Assembly (NCBI RefSeq): GCF_003918875.1
Contig: NW_025765514.1
Span: 682,001 to 746,000 of the forward strand
Reading direction: 5' to 3'
Source: Haliotis rubra
Lineage: Eukaryota
DNA: 64,000 nt
Numbering within the stretch: position 1 is the first letter of the stretch; each line of letters opens with the position of its first letter. This document shows, in pieces, positions 26,117 to 37,910 of the stretch. The notes below the pieces were generated by a model. The model did no database searches and was not told the origin of the DNA. It saw nothing but the letters and a program-made list of their open reading frames with translations. A program made the translations under genes and the position numbers.

Positions 26117-27477
26117 CTCACTTGTGACAGTCGTTCTACCGCTTTTGAAAACATTGAAGATATTCGGCTCTTCAAATTGACTGGTTATCTCGACGTAAAT
26201 TTAAACAACAATTCCTGCGTGTCTCAGACTCAAGAGTAAATGTCACGTGACTGGACAAGACAATGTCAGTGTAAGCTATATGATCTATGTAACCTTATCG
26301 CACTAATCTCAGGCAGACGTCATGACGTCCCGGTGGAAGCCTCAAATCAGCTTAAGCAGTTCTATTTACACGAGTGACACATTGATTTCATTAACTGTCG
26401 GGCTAAAAAAAACCTTTACACTTGAAAATTGGATCTTACCGAACAATCACAAACTTTATCAAACCGTCACTCGGCTGAAAACATTCCACGAAACAACGTT
26501 GGAAACGTTGGTCCAAAACATACAGACCTATATAAAACCACATCACCATCTTTGGTCTTTCGTTTATAACCTCGATCAGACATTGGTGCATATTTCCCTT
26601 TTGCCTGTTGGTCCGTCATCAGGTTTTGCACGTTCTTACGCCTTCGTGACTGTTTGGCAAAGACGATAACGTCCAATAAAAAAGTGAAAGTGACATTCTC
26701 AACTTGCACTGATAAATCATTATAGAAATAGACGGATTACGAAACAATAGATCATGTCAAAGTCAGACCTAACTGGTTGCAGCTGAGTTGAGGTTAACTG
26801 ACATTAGAGACGTTTTACACACGCCAAAAAGTAATATCCTCTGAAGATGCACGGGGAACAAACTGTTCCATTTCCTCCACTTGTGATGTTTGAGGTTACT
26901 TCCAGTGTTTGTTTATCACCCCGTGGTTCTTTCTTTCAAGGTTATTCTGGTTACAAGTACAAATATAGATGTGCTTGAAATATATACGGGCTATGTCTTT
27001 CAAAGGTCTCTGAAGAAAATGGATATATTTCAGTACCTGAGGCTAAAACATGAAATGAGGCAAGCAAAGACTCAAAGACAGAATTAATCTCAGAGTAAAT
27101 AAACAGTCCTAACAGACTCCCTTCTACAGATATATTTATAACTCATTTTAATAACCGAATGCATTAGATGATGGATTTGAAAAATATATTTGAAAATTGT
27201 AAATACATTGTGGTTTTTACACATTTGTAATATGATGGAGACACACGTGCAGTCGTTGGTTTGCTAGGATATTATTATAAGGATCGAAAAACAATATTCA
27301 TTCACGACCTCATGGTTTACTTGTTTTAAAACAGGGGTTGCTGGTTAGCCTGATAGTTAGATAGTCCGCTCGTCTCTAAATGGACAGACAACGTGGTCGG
27401 CATCAAACACGTTCATTGTGTTTCTGCCACTCCCGTACACATGTAATAGAACCCCCGAATCTCCCCTCGTGAAACAG

Positions 27478-27640
27478 TGACGGGGTAGCCTAGTGGTTAA
27501 AGCGTCCCCTCGTCCCGCCGAAGACCCAGGTTTGATTCCCCGCGTGAGTACAGTGTGTGAACTCATTCCTGATGTCCCCCGTCGTGAACTGATGGAATAC
27601 TCTCTAAAAGCGGTATAAAGCATACTCACTCCTCTCTCTC
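27478..27640 (+). mobile_element. SINE family A, diverged
   Basis: ggggtagcctagtggttaaagcg...ggtttgattccc...actcact. Confidence 0.8.
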
Positions 27641-28079
27641 TCTCTAAACGCATGGGAGATTCGTGGATTCGTGAAGTTTAACACGCGGGCCTAATTAATT
27701 ACTGATTATAATTACTCAACGGGAATTGAGATAGCGGTTATGTAATGGAGAAATAAGATTATCGATAATAATGCCGACTTGCAATTATTGTATGTGGTGT
27801 GTGTGCGTGTGTGCGTGTGTGCGTGTGTGTGCGCATTCATTTATTTACGGTTAAATACGGTACTGAGATTGATGATCTTTCCTTCGTATACATGTACTTA
27901 CCTCCTACCTGGAAATCCACGTCCAGAGGCATAAATCTGGATGCCTAATTACTCTTAACATGAATAACGTCAACTTACATTCGTTCGTTCATCACTCATT
28001 TATTCATTTATTTAATCTTGGTTAAATACGGTAATGAGATTGACGGCCAGTAGTCTGTTTTCCTTCTTTGTATTTCCCT

Positions 28080-28250
28080 GGTACCTGGAAATCCACGTCC
28101 TGTAGCAGAGCACCGTGTCTATCATACTGCTTCCTGGAGCGCCATGGGGTTTTCCTCCTAAATACCACACGTGGCGCCCACGGGCCGTAACGGAAGCTTC
28201 CGGTTCTACTTCCGGTAGCAACAGATTTGCGTGATTTCTCCGATTTAACC
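28080..28250 (-). promoter_or_regulatory. Candidate promoter or first exon of an unidentified minus-strand transcript
   Basis: GC-rich patch with clustered ETS motifs (CGGAAG/CTTCCGG x3 at 28191-28215), E-box CACGTG, RFX half-site GTAGCAAC; donor-like CAG|GTACC at about 28084. Confidence 0.3.
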
Positions 28251-29226
28251 ATGTAACGGTTTATAATTTCTCCTTAATTTGAAAACAGTTAGTTTTGTCA
28301 GTTTTACGTCTTCAGAATTTATTCATAATGGCCTTTAATTAAACTCCAGGCACAGCAACAGCAACAATAGTGAGATGTCGCCATAATTGTTTGAACTATC
28401 TCACATTAGCTATTTTATGTCATTTTATGACCAATTTGTATCTCTACTGCACTGCACGAGGAAGTTGTAGCAGGAAGTCTGTTTACAATGTTCTTTCAGA
28501 ATTTTACTTCCCGTAACACAAGTAATATTGACAAAAATATCAACATTCACATGTAGGCAAGACTATCTCTTCCCTTGAGAAACATAATGACACGGCGACG
28601 GGGATATGGAACTCGCCGCGTGATCTGCAGGTGCTCTGTTATAACTGTTCTGGGTGTGTTAGATGTTGAAGTTTTAAGAGAGTCTTCTACTTAAAACCCG
28701 CGTTAACATCCGAGATTTCATGCGTCATATGTATGTATTCAGTTTTATGAGAGTAAAAGTTGATGTAATGGAGTTTACATTTTTAGTGGTTCGCCCTCGT
28801 GTTACGTCACGAACAGCTGGCGAAACCAATAAAATGACGTCATTGGTAAGATATATGTGGCTGGAATCAATCAACGAAACATATGTGTCATATTTAAGCT
28901 GAGCTTTACGTAAACAAACGCTAATGTAACGAATGAGGCCAAGCCTTCAATGTAATCATAAATCCACACAACCTACCTGTGACTTATGATAACGCACCGT
29001 GACGCAGTTTGTCAGTTTAACTCAAGACATAAAATGTGAATACTCCTGTTGAACATATGAAGATGAATTTATGGATTTTTTAATACGTCGGGAGGTAATT
29101 CAAAACAGCTTTGGCCTCGGGATATGTTTTTGTGGCAATAAATTCAATGCAATTTGATATATCTGAAAAACTGTGGTCATGACAAATTCATTATTCATAT
29201 TGTTCCGTACTGCCTTATATGTACTA

Positions 29227-29351
29227 CAGGGGCGGATACAGCTTTTTGAGAAAAGGGGGTTGGGGTTGCAATGTTCATTGGTCATTTAATAAACTTTCAT
29301 CAGAAAAGGGGCGGTGCGCACCCGTGCTACCCACCTCTGGATCCGCCCATG
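29227..29351. mobile_element. 125-bp hAT5-like MITE
   Basis: TIR CAGGGGCGGATACAG / CTGGATCCGCCCATG; flanks TACTA/AACTA (5-bp TSD, one mismatch). Confidence 0.7.
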
Positions 29352-29738
29352 AACTACGAGCGGGTTTTGTTAATAATATTCCAATTAAAATCTGTTACGA
29401 GCACGTTTAGTGCAGATCTGATCATACCGGAAATGATAATTAATCTCCGATGAAGGTAATTATATTCCTTGGCTCTACCTGTGTGTTTCATCTATGACTA
29501 GTCCTCGATTAAAACCCGTTTATTAATTCAAATCCACCCTTCCAACGTGTGTGCACTTAGAGGTGTAAACTGTGTATACCTGTTTGCTAGGTTGATATAC
29601 ACATGCCGTCGCTGGTTGTTTTCTCTGCATCAGTTCCGGCCGTTGAACATATTCGCTTGACTGCCTCCTGGAACGTGGTATGGCCAAAAGAAATATTGTG
29701 GAACTACTGACCTAAATACACATCGTGCTGCTGCAGTG

Positions 29739-29997
29739 GAGTGAGTGAGTGAGTGAGTGAGTTTAGTTTTACGCCACACTCAGCAATGTTCCAGCTATAC
29801 GGCGGCGGTCTGTAAATAATCGAGTCTGGCCCAGACAATCCAGTGATCAACAGCATGAGCATCGATCTACGCAACTGGGATACGATGACATGTGTCAACC
29901 AAGTCAGAGAGCCTGACCACCCGATCCCGTTAGTTGCCTCTTTCTATAAGCATGGGTTGTTGAAGTCAACGCCAATTCTAACCCGGACCTTCACGGA
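29739..29997 (-). mobile_element. SINE family B, full length
   Basis: Matches the other B copies; flanks ctgctgc(a/g)gtg as TSD. Confidence 0.9.
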
Positions 29998-30092
29998 TCT
30001 GCTGCGGTGCAGAGACACGTGAATTCGTGTTTAGTCATTAGACACCTGTGTGTTAAATTTCACGAAATGCAGTTTCATCTTACCTAGAGAAA

Positions 30093-30247
30093 TGAGTGAG
30101 TATGGTTTTACGCCGCATTCAGCAATATTCCAGTAATATCACAACGTGGGACACCAGAAATGGGCTTCACACATTGTATCCATATGGGGAATCAAAACCG
30201 GATCTTCGACGTGACGAGCAAACGTTTTAACCACTAGGTTACCCCCA
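30093..30247 (-). mobile_element. SINE family A
   Basis: Reverse complement of the family A consensus. Confidence 0.85.
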
Positions 30248-30590
30248 AACACGATTTGGAAAAGATTCCCAGCGACCGATGCTGCCGTTGTAGGTATTTC
30301 ACCGGTTCCCCACTATAACGGCGTACCGAAACAAACCAGTCAAGGAAAGAAAATTTCCCTTCAGCCTGGAAGTGGATTTTGTCCAAACAAAATATCTACA
30401 GTCTTCTCACATCATAAGTTTGAAAAATAGCAAGCAGACAATTCTAGTTTTTAGGATTCAGAGGCCTATTAGCTTCTGGTCATCCTTGGACTGAAACTGA
30501 TTGACCTGTCACGTGGTTGACGGTCATCTTGGATGACATAGTGGGCGTTTGTTCATACAATCAGCCATCATGATCGTTGCTCTAATTCAG

Positions 30591-30752
30591 AGGCGGTTGG
30601 GTGGCCCAGTGGTTAAAGTGTTGGCTCGTCACACCGAAGACCTGGGTTCGATTCCCCACATGGGTAGAATATTTAAAGCCCATTTCTGGTGTCCCCCGCC
30701 GTGATATTGCTGGAATATTGCTAAAAGCGGCGTAAAACTGAACTCACTCACT
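30591..30752 (+). mobile_element. SINE family A
   Basis: Full head and tail; imperfect TSD ctctaattcaga/ctctagtccaga. Confidence 0.9.
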
Positions 30753-31174
30753 CTAGTCCAGACTTGGTTATTTATAAGTCGCCGTCACACATCTGGGTTG
30801 GGAACAACGGGCAAGCAATGTCTCGCTCACCCTGTCTGGCTATAAACTAAATTGTACAAATGAAAGTAAGATTATTTTGACAGTACCTGGTTCAGCCGAG
30901 GCGTGATATCAGCTCAGTAATGGAGCAATTAAGTAACGAGTAAGGTCTATTTAATGGAATGTGAAACACGCCCGGCCAGCTGTGAACGGAGAAGCCCGCA
31001 GCTAGCTGTTGGAGTACGCTTGAGTGGAAATTCATCAAAAAGCTTCGCAAGTCATCCCTCGAGAGGTCGACGATTATTTCTCAAGGTCTCTGTGAGAGTA
31101 TACAAACAGCTAGGTTACTTCAAGGCTCACGTCAAGCAGGTTGTGGCTGGTGGAATTGCAAGCTATGTACATAT

Positions 31175-31400
31175 CTGGGGTCGCAGATGGGGTGAGGGGG
31201 TTGATGGAGGGGTCTGGCATGATGAGATGAGGGGGTTGATGAAAGGGGGTCGCAGATGGGGTGAGGGGTTGATGGAAGGGGTCGCAGATGGGGTGAGGGG
31301 GATGATGGAGGGGGTCTGACATGATGGGGTGAGGGGGTTGATGGAAGGGGTCGCAGATGGGGTGAGGGGGTTGATGGAAGGGGTCTGGCATGATGGGAAG
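31175..31400 (+). repeat. G-rich 33-37 bp tandem repeat, about 6 copies
   Basis: Unit ggggtcgcagatggggtgagggggttgatgga(a/g) and a variant. Confidence 0.85.
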
Positions 31401-32099
31401 TCCCGACATCGATAGGGAACGCATTCTGAACATTTAACAACATTCATAAAAATACTCAAGCATCTCTCGGCAAGTTCAGAAAATTGTTTGAAAGGACAAA
31501 GGTGTGATGAAGCAAACCGACGCATCACTTAGAGACCGGTCTAAATTTATGTCTCGGAAGAGTGATGATGATTTTTGTGGAGAAGCATGTACAATGTGAA
31601 TGACACTCACCTTTATAAATTTATGCACAAAGGAAGTCCCCCGACCCACCCCGTGCATGTCATCTACAAAATCAATTACCCCCACCCACCCTCACTACAC
31701 GTGTACATTATTGATGACCCACTACCTGCTCAGAACAAAATGAGTGAAACCCACCCCACTCCCCTAAAATCATCGTCACTGACCCCACCTAACCCACCCA
31801 CCCTTGCAGGTAAGTCTGTGACAGAAGGCTGTTTGTGTAACGGTCTGTAGTCCCCCACGACACGTCCTCTGGTCTCCATACATACACTCCAGCACCTGTT
31901 AACGTCCAAGCAGGAATGTACACATCTATCACAGACGGCTGCTGGGAGCCATGTACATTCACGTAATGTGTCTGTGTCTGTGACCTCGATCGTGACGTTG
32001 TTGATGTCCAGGTCGAGTAAACAATGTCATAAACGTCATCCCAGATAACATCCCTGGTGTACCCTGCCTACATCGTGCACTGGAGATTAAAGGTACTGC

Positions 32100-33682
32100 T
32101 ACACAGTGACAGAACCACATTCGGATATTGCGAACACATTGACAGAACGAAATCGGATGTGGCGAACACTAGGCCAAAACTAATGCGGATATTGCGAACA
32201 CAGTGACAGAACGAAGTCGGACGTGGCGAACACTAAGCCAAAACTAATTCGGATATTGCGAACACAGTAACAGAACGAAATCGGATGTGGCGAAAACTAG
32301 GCCAAAACGAATTCGGAATATTGCGTACACTGAGATAAAATAAGTCGGATGTTGCGTACACAAATAACAGAACGGATTCGGATATAGTGTGCACCAGAAC
32401 ATTCTCTTCTCGGATACATCGCACACGAGGGTAGTACCTACTCGGATATGTAGCACACAGGGGCATTACCTACTCGGATATATAGCACACTAGGGTATTA
32501 ACTACTCGGATATATCGCACAAAAGGGCAAAATCCTACTCGGATATATAGCACAATAGGGCATTACCTACTCAGATATATAGCACACTAGGGTATTACCT
32601 ACTCGGATATGTAGCACACTGGGGCATTACCTACTCGGATATATAGCACAAAAGGGCATTACCTACTCGGATATATAGCACAATTGGGCATTACCTACTC
32701 AGATATATAGCACACTAGGGTAATACCTACTCGGATATGTAGCACACAGGGGCATTATCTACTCGGATATATAGCAAATAGGGTATTAACTACTGGGATA
32801 TATCGCACAAAAGGGCATTACCTACTCGGATATATAGCACACTAGGGTATTACCTACTCAGATATATAGCACACTAGGGTATTACCTACTCGGATATGTA
32901 GCACACTGGGGCATTACCTACTCGGATATATAGCACACTAGGGCATTACCTACTCAGATATATAGCACACTAGGGTATTACCTACTCGGATATGTAGCAC
33001 ACTGGGGCATTACCTACTCGGATATATAGCACACTAGGGTATTAACTACTCGGATATATAGCACACTAGGGCATCACCTACTCGGATATATAGCACACTA
33101 GGGCATCACCTACTCAGATATATTGCACAAAAGGGCATTACCTACTCGGATATATAGCACAATAGGGCAGTATCTACTCGGATATATAGTACACAAGGGC
33201 ATTATCTACTCGGATATATAGAACAATAGGGCATTACCTACTGGGCTATATAGTACAATAGGGTATTTCCTACTCGGATATATAGCACACTAGGGCATTA
33301 TCTACTTGGATATATAGCACACTAGGGCATTATCTACTCGGATATATGGCACACTAGGGCATTATCTACTCGGATATATAGCACACTAGGGCATTATCTA
33401 CTCGGATATATAGCACACTAGGGCATTATCTACTCGGATATACAGCACACTAGGGCATTATCTACTCGGATATATAGCACACTAGGGTATTTCCTACTCG
33501 GATATATAGAACACTAGGGCATTACCTACTTGGATAAATAACACTAGGGTATTAATCCTCGGTTATATAGCACACTAGGGTATTACCTACTCGGATATAG
33601 CGCACACTAGGTCATTACCTACTCGGATATATAAGCACACTAGGGTATTACCTACTTGGATATATCGCACACTGGGGCATTC
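32100..33682. repeat. Compound minisatellite: diverged dimeric repeat (32100-32390) grading into a 32-bp array of about 40 copies
   Basis: Main unit ctactcggatatatagcacactagggcattac; left part shares the tcggat(a/g)t..gc..acac core. Confidence 0.95.
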
Positions 33683-34227
33683 TTAGACTAACGCTTAGTC
33701 CCTGAATATATAGAAGTTTGCTATAAAAGTAACAAACATACTCATTAAAATTGAAAAGGAGCCCCATTGAGTTGGGACATTCTGGGGAAATCTAGACTTG
33801 CTTCATTCAGGGCTTTAGCATTGCAGGCAGGGCTTGGCAGTAAATAAAATAATGCTGTTCAGGGACTGAGAGACAGACTGGGGCATTCTATTCGCTGGTA
33901 TATCTGATATCTTGAAAGATGGATTGTAAATTGTCTCTCAATGTCAATGTCTCCAGGCGCCTGCTGTTGGATAGAAAGGGTGGCCCAGTGGTTTAAATGC
34001 TCACTCTTCACAGGTTCAGCCTTTCAACCGTTTTCTGTCGTCCATTCTCTATTGCTGCAATAGCGCTTAATGAGCCAGCACCATATCCCCCAGAACACAG
34101 CGGTGCCTCGGGCTACCTGTCGTCACAGAACGCATTAGATTGGGAAGAAACCCTATAAACAAATCGATAAAAATACATCAAAGAATATGAGAAAATAACT
34201 CATTCACTTAAGCAGAGTTTGAAATTC

Positions 34228-34450
34228 TGGGTTGGAACCGATCTTCACCAACCCATGCCTGTTTTTGGTATAGAGCCGACTATTGGGATCGGGAGGTTCA
34301 CTGAAATGACTGAAGCATGTCATCGCATCCCATTAACGCAGATTGATGCTCATGAAACACTGGATTGTCTGGTCCAGATTCGATGATCTCCCGACCGCCC
34401 TTATTTAATTGAAATATTGCTGAGTGCCGTGTTAAACAACAAGCAAGCCA
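34228..34450 (+). mobile_element. SINE family B, old and degenerate
   Basis: gatcttcaccaacccatgc...cactggattgtctggtccaga...aatattgctgagtgccgtgttaaacaac. Confidence 0.75.
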
Positions 34451-35278
34451 GCAAATGAAGGAATTGGCCCAATGTCAACAAATACGCTTGGGAACCTATA
34501 TTGCTTTTATCTGAAGGGCATTATTTTAAGGCTTAACGACATGCGCCCTAATTAAGCTGAATACTTGCCAAAGTAATACCACTGTTGACTAGAAGTAAAC
34601 TGAAGATTTTAACATTTTGTAATAGGATGTTCAAACGATCTCATAAAACGCTGTTTCAACACTCCTTCGTCAGCTGCGCTTCCACTTGTGTGTGTCAGAG
34701 CCAGTTTATGTACAGATGTTAACAGACACCAGGAAGACTTAGATCAATTTCCTACTCTCATCAATGGCGTATATGTGCATGTCTTCCTTCGCGTGTGTTA
34801 TTGATACACATTAATACGTAAAAAACAAAATGTGGATGGATTTCTGCATATTCTGCACATTGCGTTTTTATTGAAGACCGATAGATTGTACAGTGAGCAT
34901 GATTTACTGAATGCCGGGTGGTTCAACGGGGCTCGTATTCACAGATGTATAATATCACATGCGCTGAATAAGATTTGAGCTCAATTGATACATGGTTTAA
35001 TGGTTGAACGTTGTAAAAGCGATTGGCGATATTACAGGTGAGCTTAGGATAGGACACAATAGGTAAATACAGCAAATGGAAAATGTAAATGTTTTTTCAG
35101 TCTGAGTCATGTACAAGTTATTCAAGCCTATGCTACACGATTTGAACGAACAAGTGTTTATTTATAATGGATTTAAATACTGCGTCACACCCTTCACTCA
35201 AACATCAACACATGCATGCATACCTCACAGTTAACAGGTTCACGGATAGGTATCGGTACATATCTAGCTCCACCTTCC

Positions 35279-35839
35279 TTAATCCTGTTTCCGTCTGTAC
35301 CGATGCCAAACCTCTTTGAGTTTCTGGGAACACAGTGTCAATAACAAAATGATTATCTTTTGGCAAAGGACACACAACTCCCAGAATTTTGCTATAACAA
35401 TAGAGGGAACGAACAACTCGGCGTGGATTTGACGAGTCATCTCCTCCGATATCAACCGAACGACACCTATATCCTTGGCGAGATCTATAGGTAGTTCAGA
35501 CTGACGAGTGAGCGCAAACACGTCAGCCCCATGCAGAACCAGCATACTAGCGACTTGGAGGAATCCACACGCAGAGGCCGTGTGGAGCGGAGTAAATCCG
35601 TGGATATCCTGGGTATTAACATGAGCTCCGTGTGTTAGAAGAAGTTTCACAGCGTCCAGGTTGTTGCTGAGGACACCGTGATGGAGGGCAGTAAGTCCAG
35701 TGTGGCTGCCGGTGTTGACATCGACGCACGGCGACGACGAATGTAGTATTCGTGCCAGTTCGGCTATATCTCCATCCTGTATAACGGCTGTTAGGACAGA
35801 GTCCGGGGGAAAAGATATCTTCCTTTTGGAACTTGTCAT
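35279..35839 (-). CDS. Ankyrin-repeat protein phosphatase 1 regulatory subunit (PPP1R27/MYPT-family-like), 186 aa, single coding exon
   Basis: N-terminal RVxF-type motif KRKISF directly before ankyrin repeats (GLTALHHGVLSNNLDAVKLLLTHGAHVN, GFTPLHTASACGFLQVASMLVLHGADV, ELPIDLA), the MYPT/PPP1R27 layout; AATAAA on the minus strand at about 35157. Confidence 0.9.
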   Translation of the reverse strand: MTSSKRKISFPPDSVLTAVIQDGDIAELARILHSSSPCVDVNTGSHTGLTALHHGVLSNNLDAVKLLLTHGAHVNTQDIHGFTPLHTASACGFLQVASMLVLHGADVFALTRQSELPIDLAKDIGVVRLISEEMTRQIHAELFVPSIVIAKFWELCVLCQKIIILLLTLCSQKLKEVWHRYRRKQD

Positions 35840-36827
35840 TAATATAAAATCCTGGTCACAGATTAGGGACCATGCGATGTTGAATATGACATAAATATGT
35901 AACCATCCATAACGCGCTTGTGTATTAGCTTAGCAACATCATCAACGTTGTTGCCTACCTGTAACAGTTTGACCACACGCCTCAGGAAACCATACCGATG
36001 CTTGGGATTCACTTGAAACACAATCACAATCAATTAATTCCTGCTTCTCCAGACGAAACAATTAGATTTGGGCATTCCAGGCTAGCGTAGAATAGATGCC
36101 ATTCATACGTGATCGCGACCAGCAAAAGTGACAGACAGGCACATCCCTTCTAACATCAGTCACACACAAACTTCTCTATTTCTCGACGTTTCCGGTGGTG
36201 CTCTCTTGTCGTCTGCTAGTGAAGGTAGCAGACGATAGCCTCTCACCTCGGAGTATGGAATGTCGACTGCGCGAACCACCTAGTGTAGTTTGGGCCATCC
36301 GTCACCGGTGTAAAGTATGTTTACGGTCCTGCTTAAAGCCGCACTGACGCCACTAGCGAGTTGTATACACTCGCTTTTGTTGTGGGTACAATCGCTATAC
36401 CAGCTTTCACCGCGGACAACACAAACGCATCCCAGCTCTGTACAAGTTTGTCCGTACCTTTTCCAGGCGCGGCAATCTGACAGCCTCGATATCGATTTCA
36501 CGGTGTCGTCTGCTGGCTAGGTTTCTGTGACAAACCTGTGTGACACAACCAGGTGATAACTAAAAATCAATCTTCTTCAAAACTCTATTGCTAGAACTTC
36601 CTTTCGCTGTATTACATCAGTTTTATCGATTAACCTGTTGACTGGGTGCCATAACTGGCTAACTACATGCACGGTACAGCAATACAGTAGGACCCCCGGT
36701 TAAGCTGGGATTATTCTATTAAATGTACGTTATGTTTAGTTAGCAAGGCGTTGCTGTTGTTTACAATGATCTGCTGTTTACTGGTCTCTGCTGCCAGCGC
36801 CCCACTCAGCAACATGATTTGTATAAG

Positions 36828-36990
36828 ATGACGGGGCTGGAGTAGCCTAGTGGTTAAGGCGTTCGCTAGTGACGGCGAAGACCCAGGTTCGATTCCCCAC
36901 ATAGGTACCATGTGTGAAGCTCATTTCTGGTGTTCCCCTCGTGATATTGCTGGAATATTGTTAAAATCTGCGTGTTACCATAGTCACTCA
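36828..36990 (+). mobile_element. SINE family A
   Basis: gtagcctagtggttaaggcgttcgct...ggttcgattccccac...gctggaatattg. Confidence 0.85.
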
Positions 36991-37319
36991 CTATATATGG
37001 CGACAGTGAGTAAATGTTCGAGCCTGGACCAGACAAACCAATTATTGTTGTTACGAGTCAAGGTTCCCAAGGTTTCGTGACATGGAACTCGGTCCCCGAG
37101 CCTGACTGACACCGTCTAACGGCAATCACTTTTTCGGACCGGTTCTGACTGGAATTCCAAAGAGGTGCAACTTATGCATTTTAGCTGTACAGCAGATTTT
37201 GTTTGATATAACATGTATATATATCTGTCGTAGAAATTAACTTTAGTGTGCAAACAGAAAGAAGTACGTCTAGATATGTGTTGTTTCATGGCAAACCACT
37301 GTGCAAGCGTTCGCTGATG

Positions 37320-37400
37320 CCGCCGCCACCACCACCACCAATACTACTGCTACTACTACTACTACTTCTTCTTCTACTGCTACTACTACTAGTAGTAGTG
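37320..37400. repeat. Compound trinucleotide microsatellite (CCG/CCA/CTA/CTT)
   Basis: Direct reading. Confidence 0.85.
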
Positions 37401-37402
37401 GT

Positions 37403-37785
37403 GTGTGGTCCTGTGCGTAGAGCTCAGGTCACAAATCAGTTGAAGTTAAGCAACGTCGAGCGCGGAGAGTCCTTGGATGGGTGACCGTATTTGGCAGCTT
37501 CACTCCTGAGAGTTTCTAGGACTTCAGTCCAGCCTCACAACGAAGAACATACATGTGATACACGTGTCTCACCTTAGGCAAGTCCCTCTGTTCACCCAGC
37601 AGAAAATGGGTACCCGGTGAGATACGTCATGTGACTATTAACCTTCTAGCGCCTCACAGGCAGCTTGGGTTATCCGGGGTAATAATAATCAGATTCTGAT
37701 TACAGCGTCCAGTGAGCAACTAGTCAGATGGATATACTAGGCGCTAGTAGCTATACAGCGTATACTATACTAGCTACTACTACTC
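37403..37785 (+). mobile_element. 5S rRNA-derived SINE (SINE3 type) with a CORE-like central domain (family D)
   Basis: 37442-37487 gaagttaagcaacgtcgagcgcggagagtccttggatgggtgaccg matches the 5S internal control region (box A to box C); ccttaggcaag...cacccagcagaaaatgggtacc is CORE-like; (CTA)n tail. Confidence 0.75.
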
Positions 37786-37789
37786 TGCT

Positions 37790-37910
37790 ACGCCGAAGAC
37801 CCGGGTTCGAATCCCCACATGGGCACATTGTGTGAAGCCCATTTCTGGTGTCCCCCGCCGTGATATTGCTGGAATATTGCTAAAAGCGGCGTAAAACCAT
37901 ACTCACTCAC
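37790..37910 (+). mobile_element. SINE family A, 5'-truncated
   Basis: Starts at cgccgaagacccgggttcga; intact tail. Confidence 0.9.

Larger units (their letters stand above)
21790..27180 (-). repeat. Right arm of the inverted segmental duplication (partner 13128-19000)
   Basis: See left arm; carries arm-specific SINE insertions. Confidence 0.9.

Noticed and set aside
37435-37487. 5S rRNA gene
   Set aside because: Only the internal control region matches; 5' and 3' ends are absent and it is part of a SINE.
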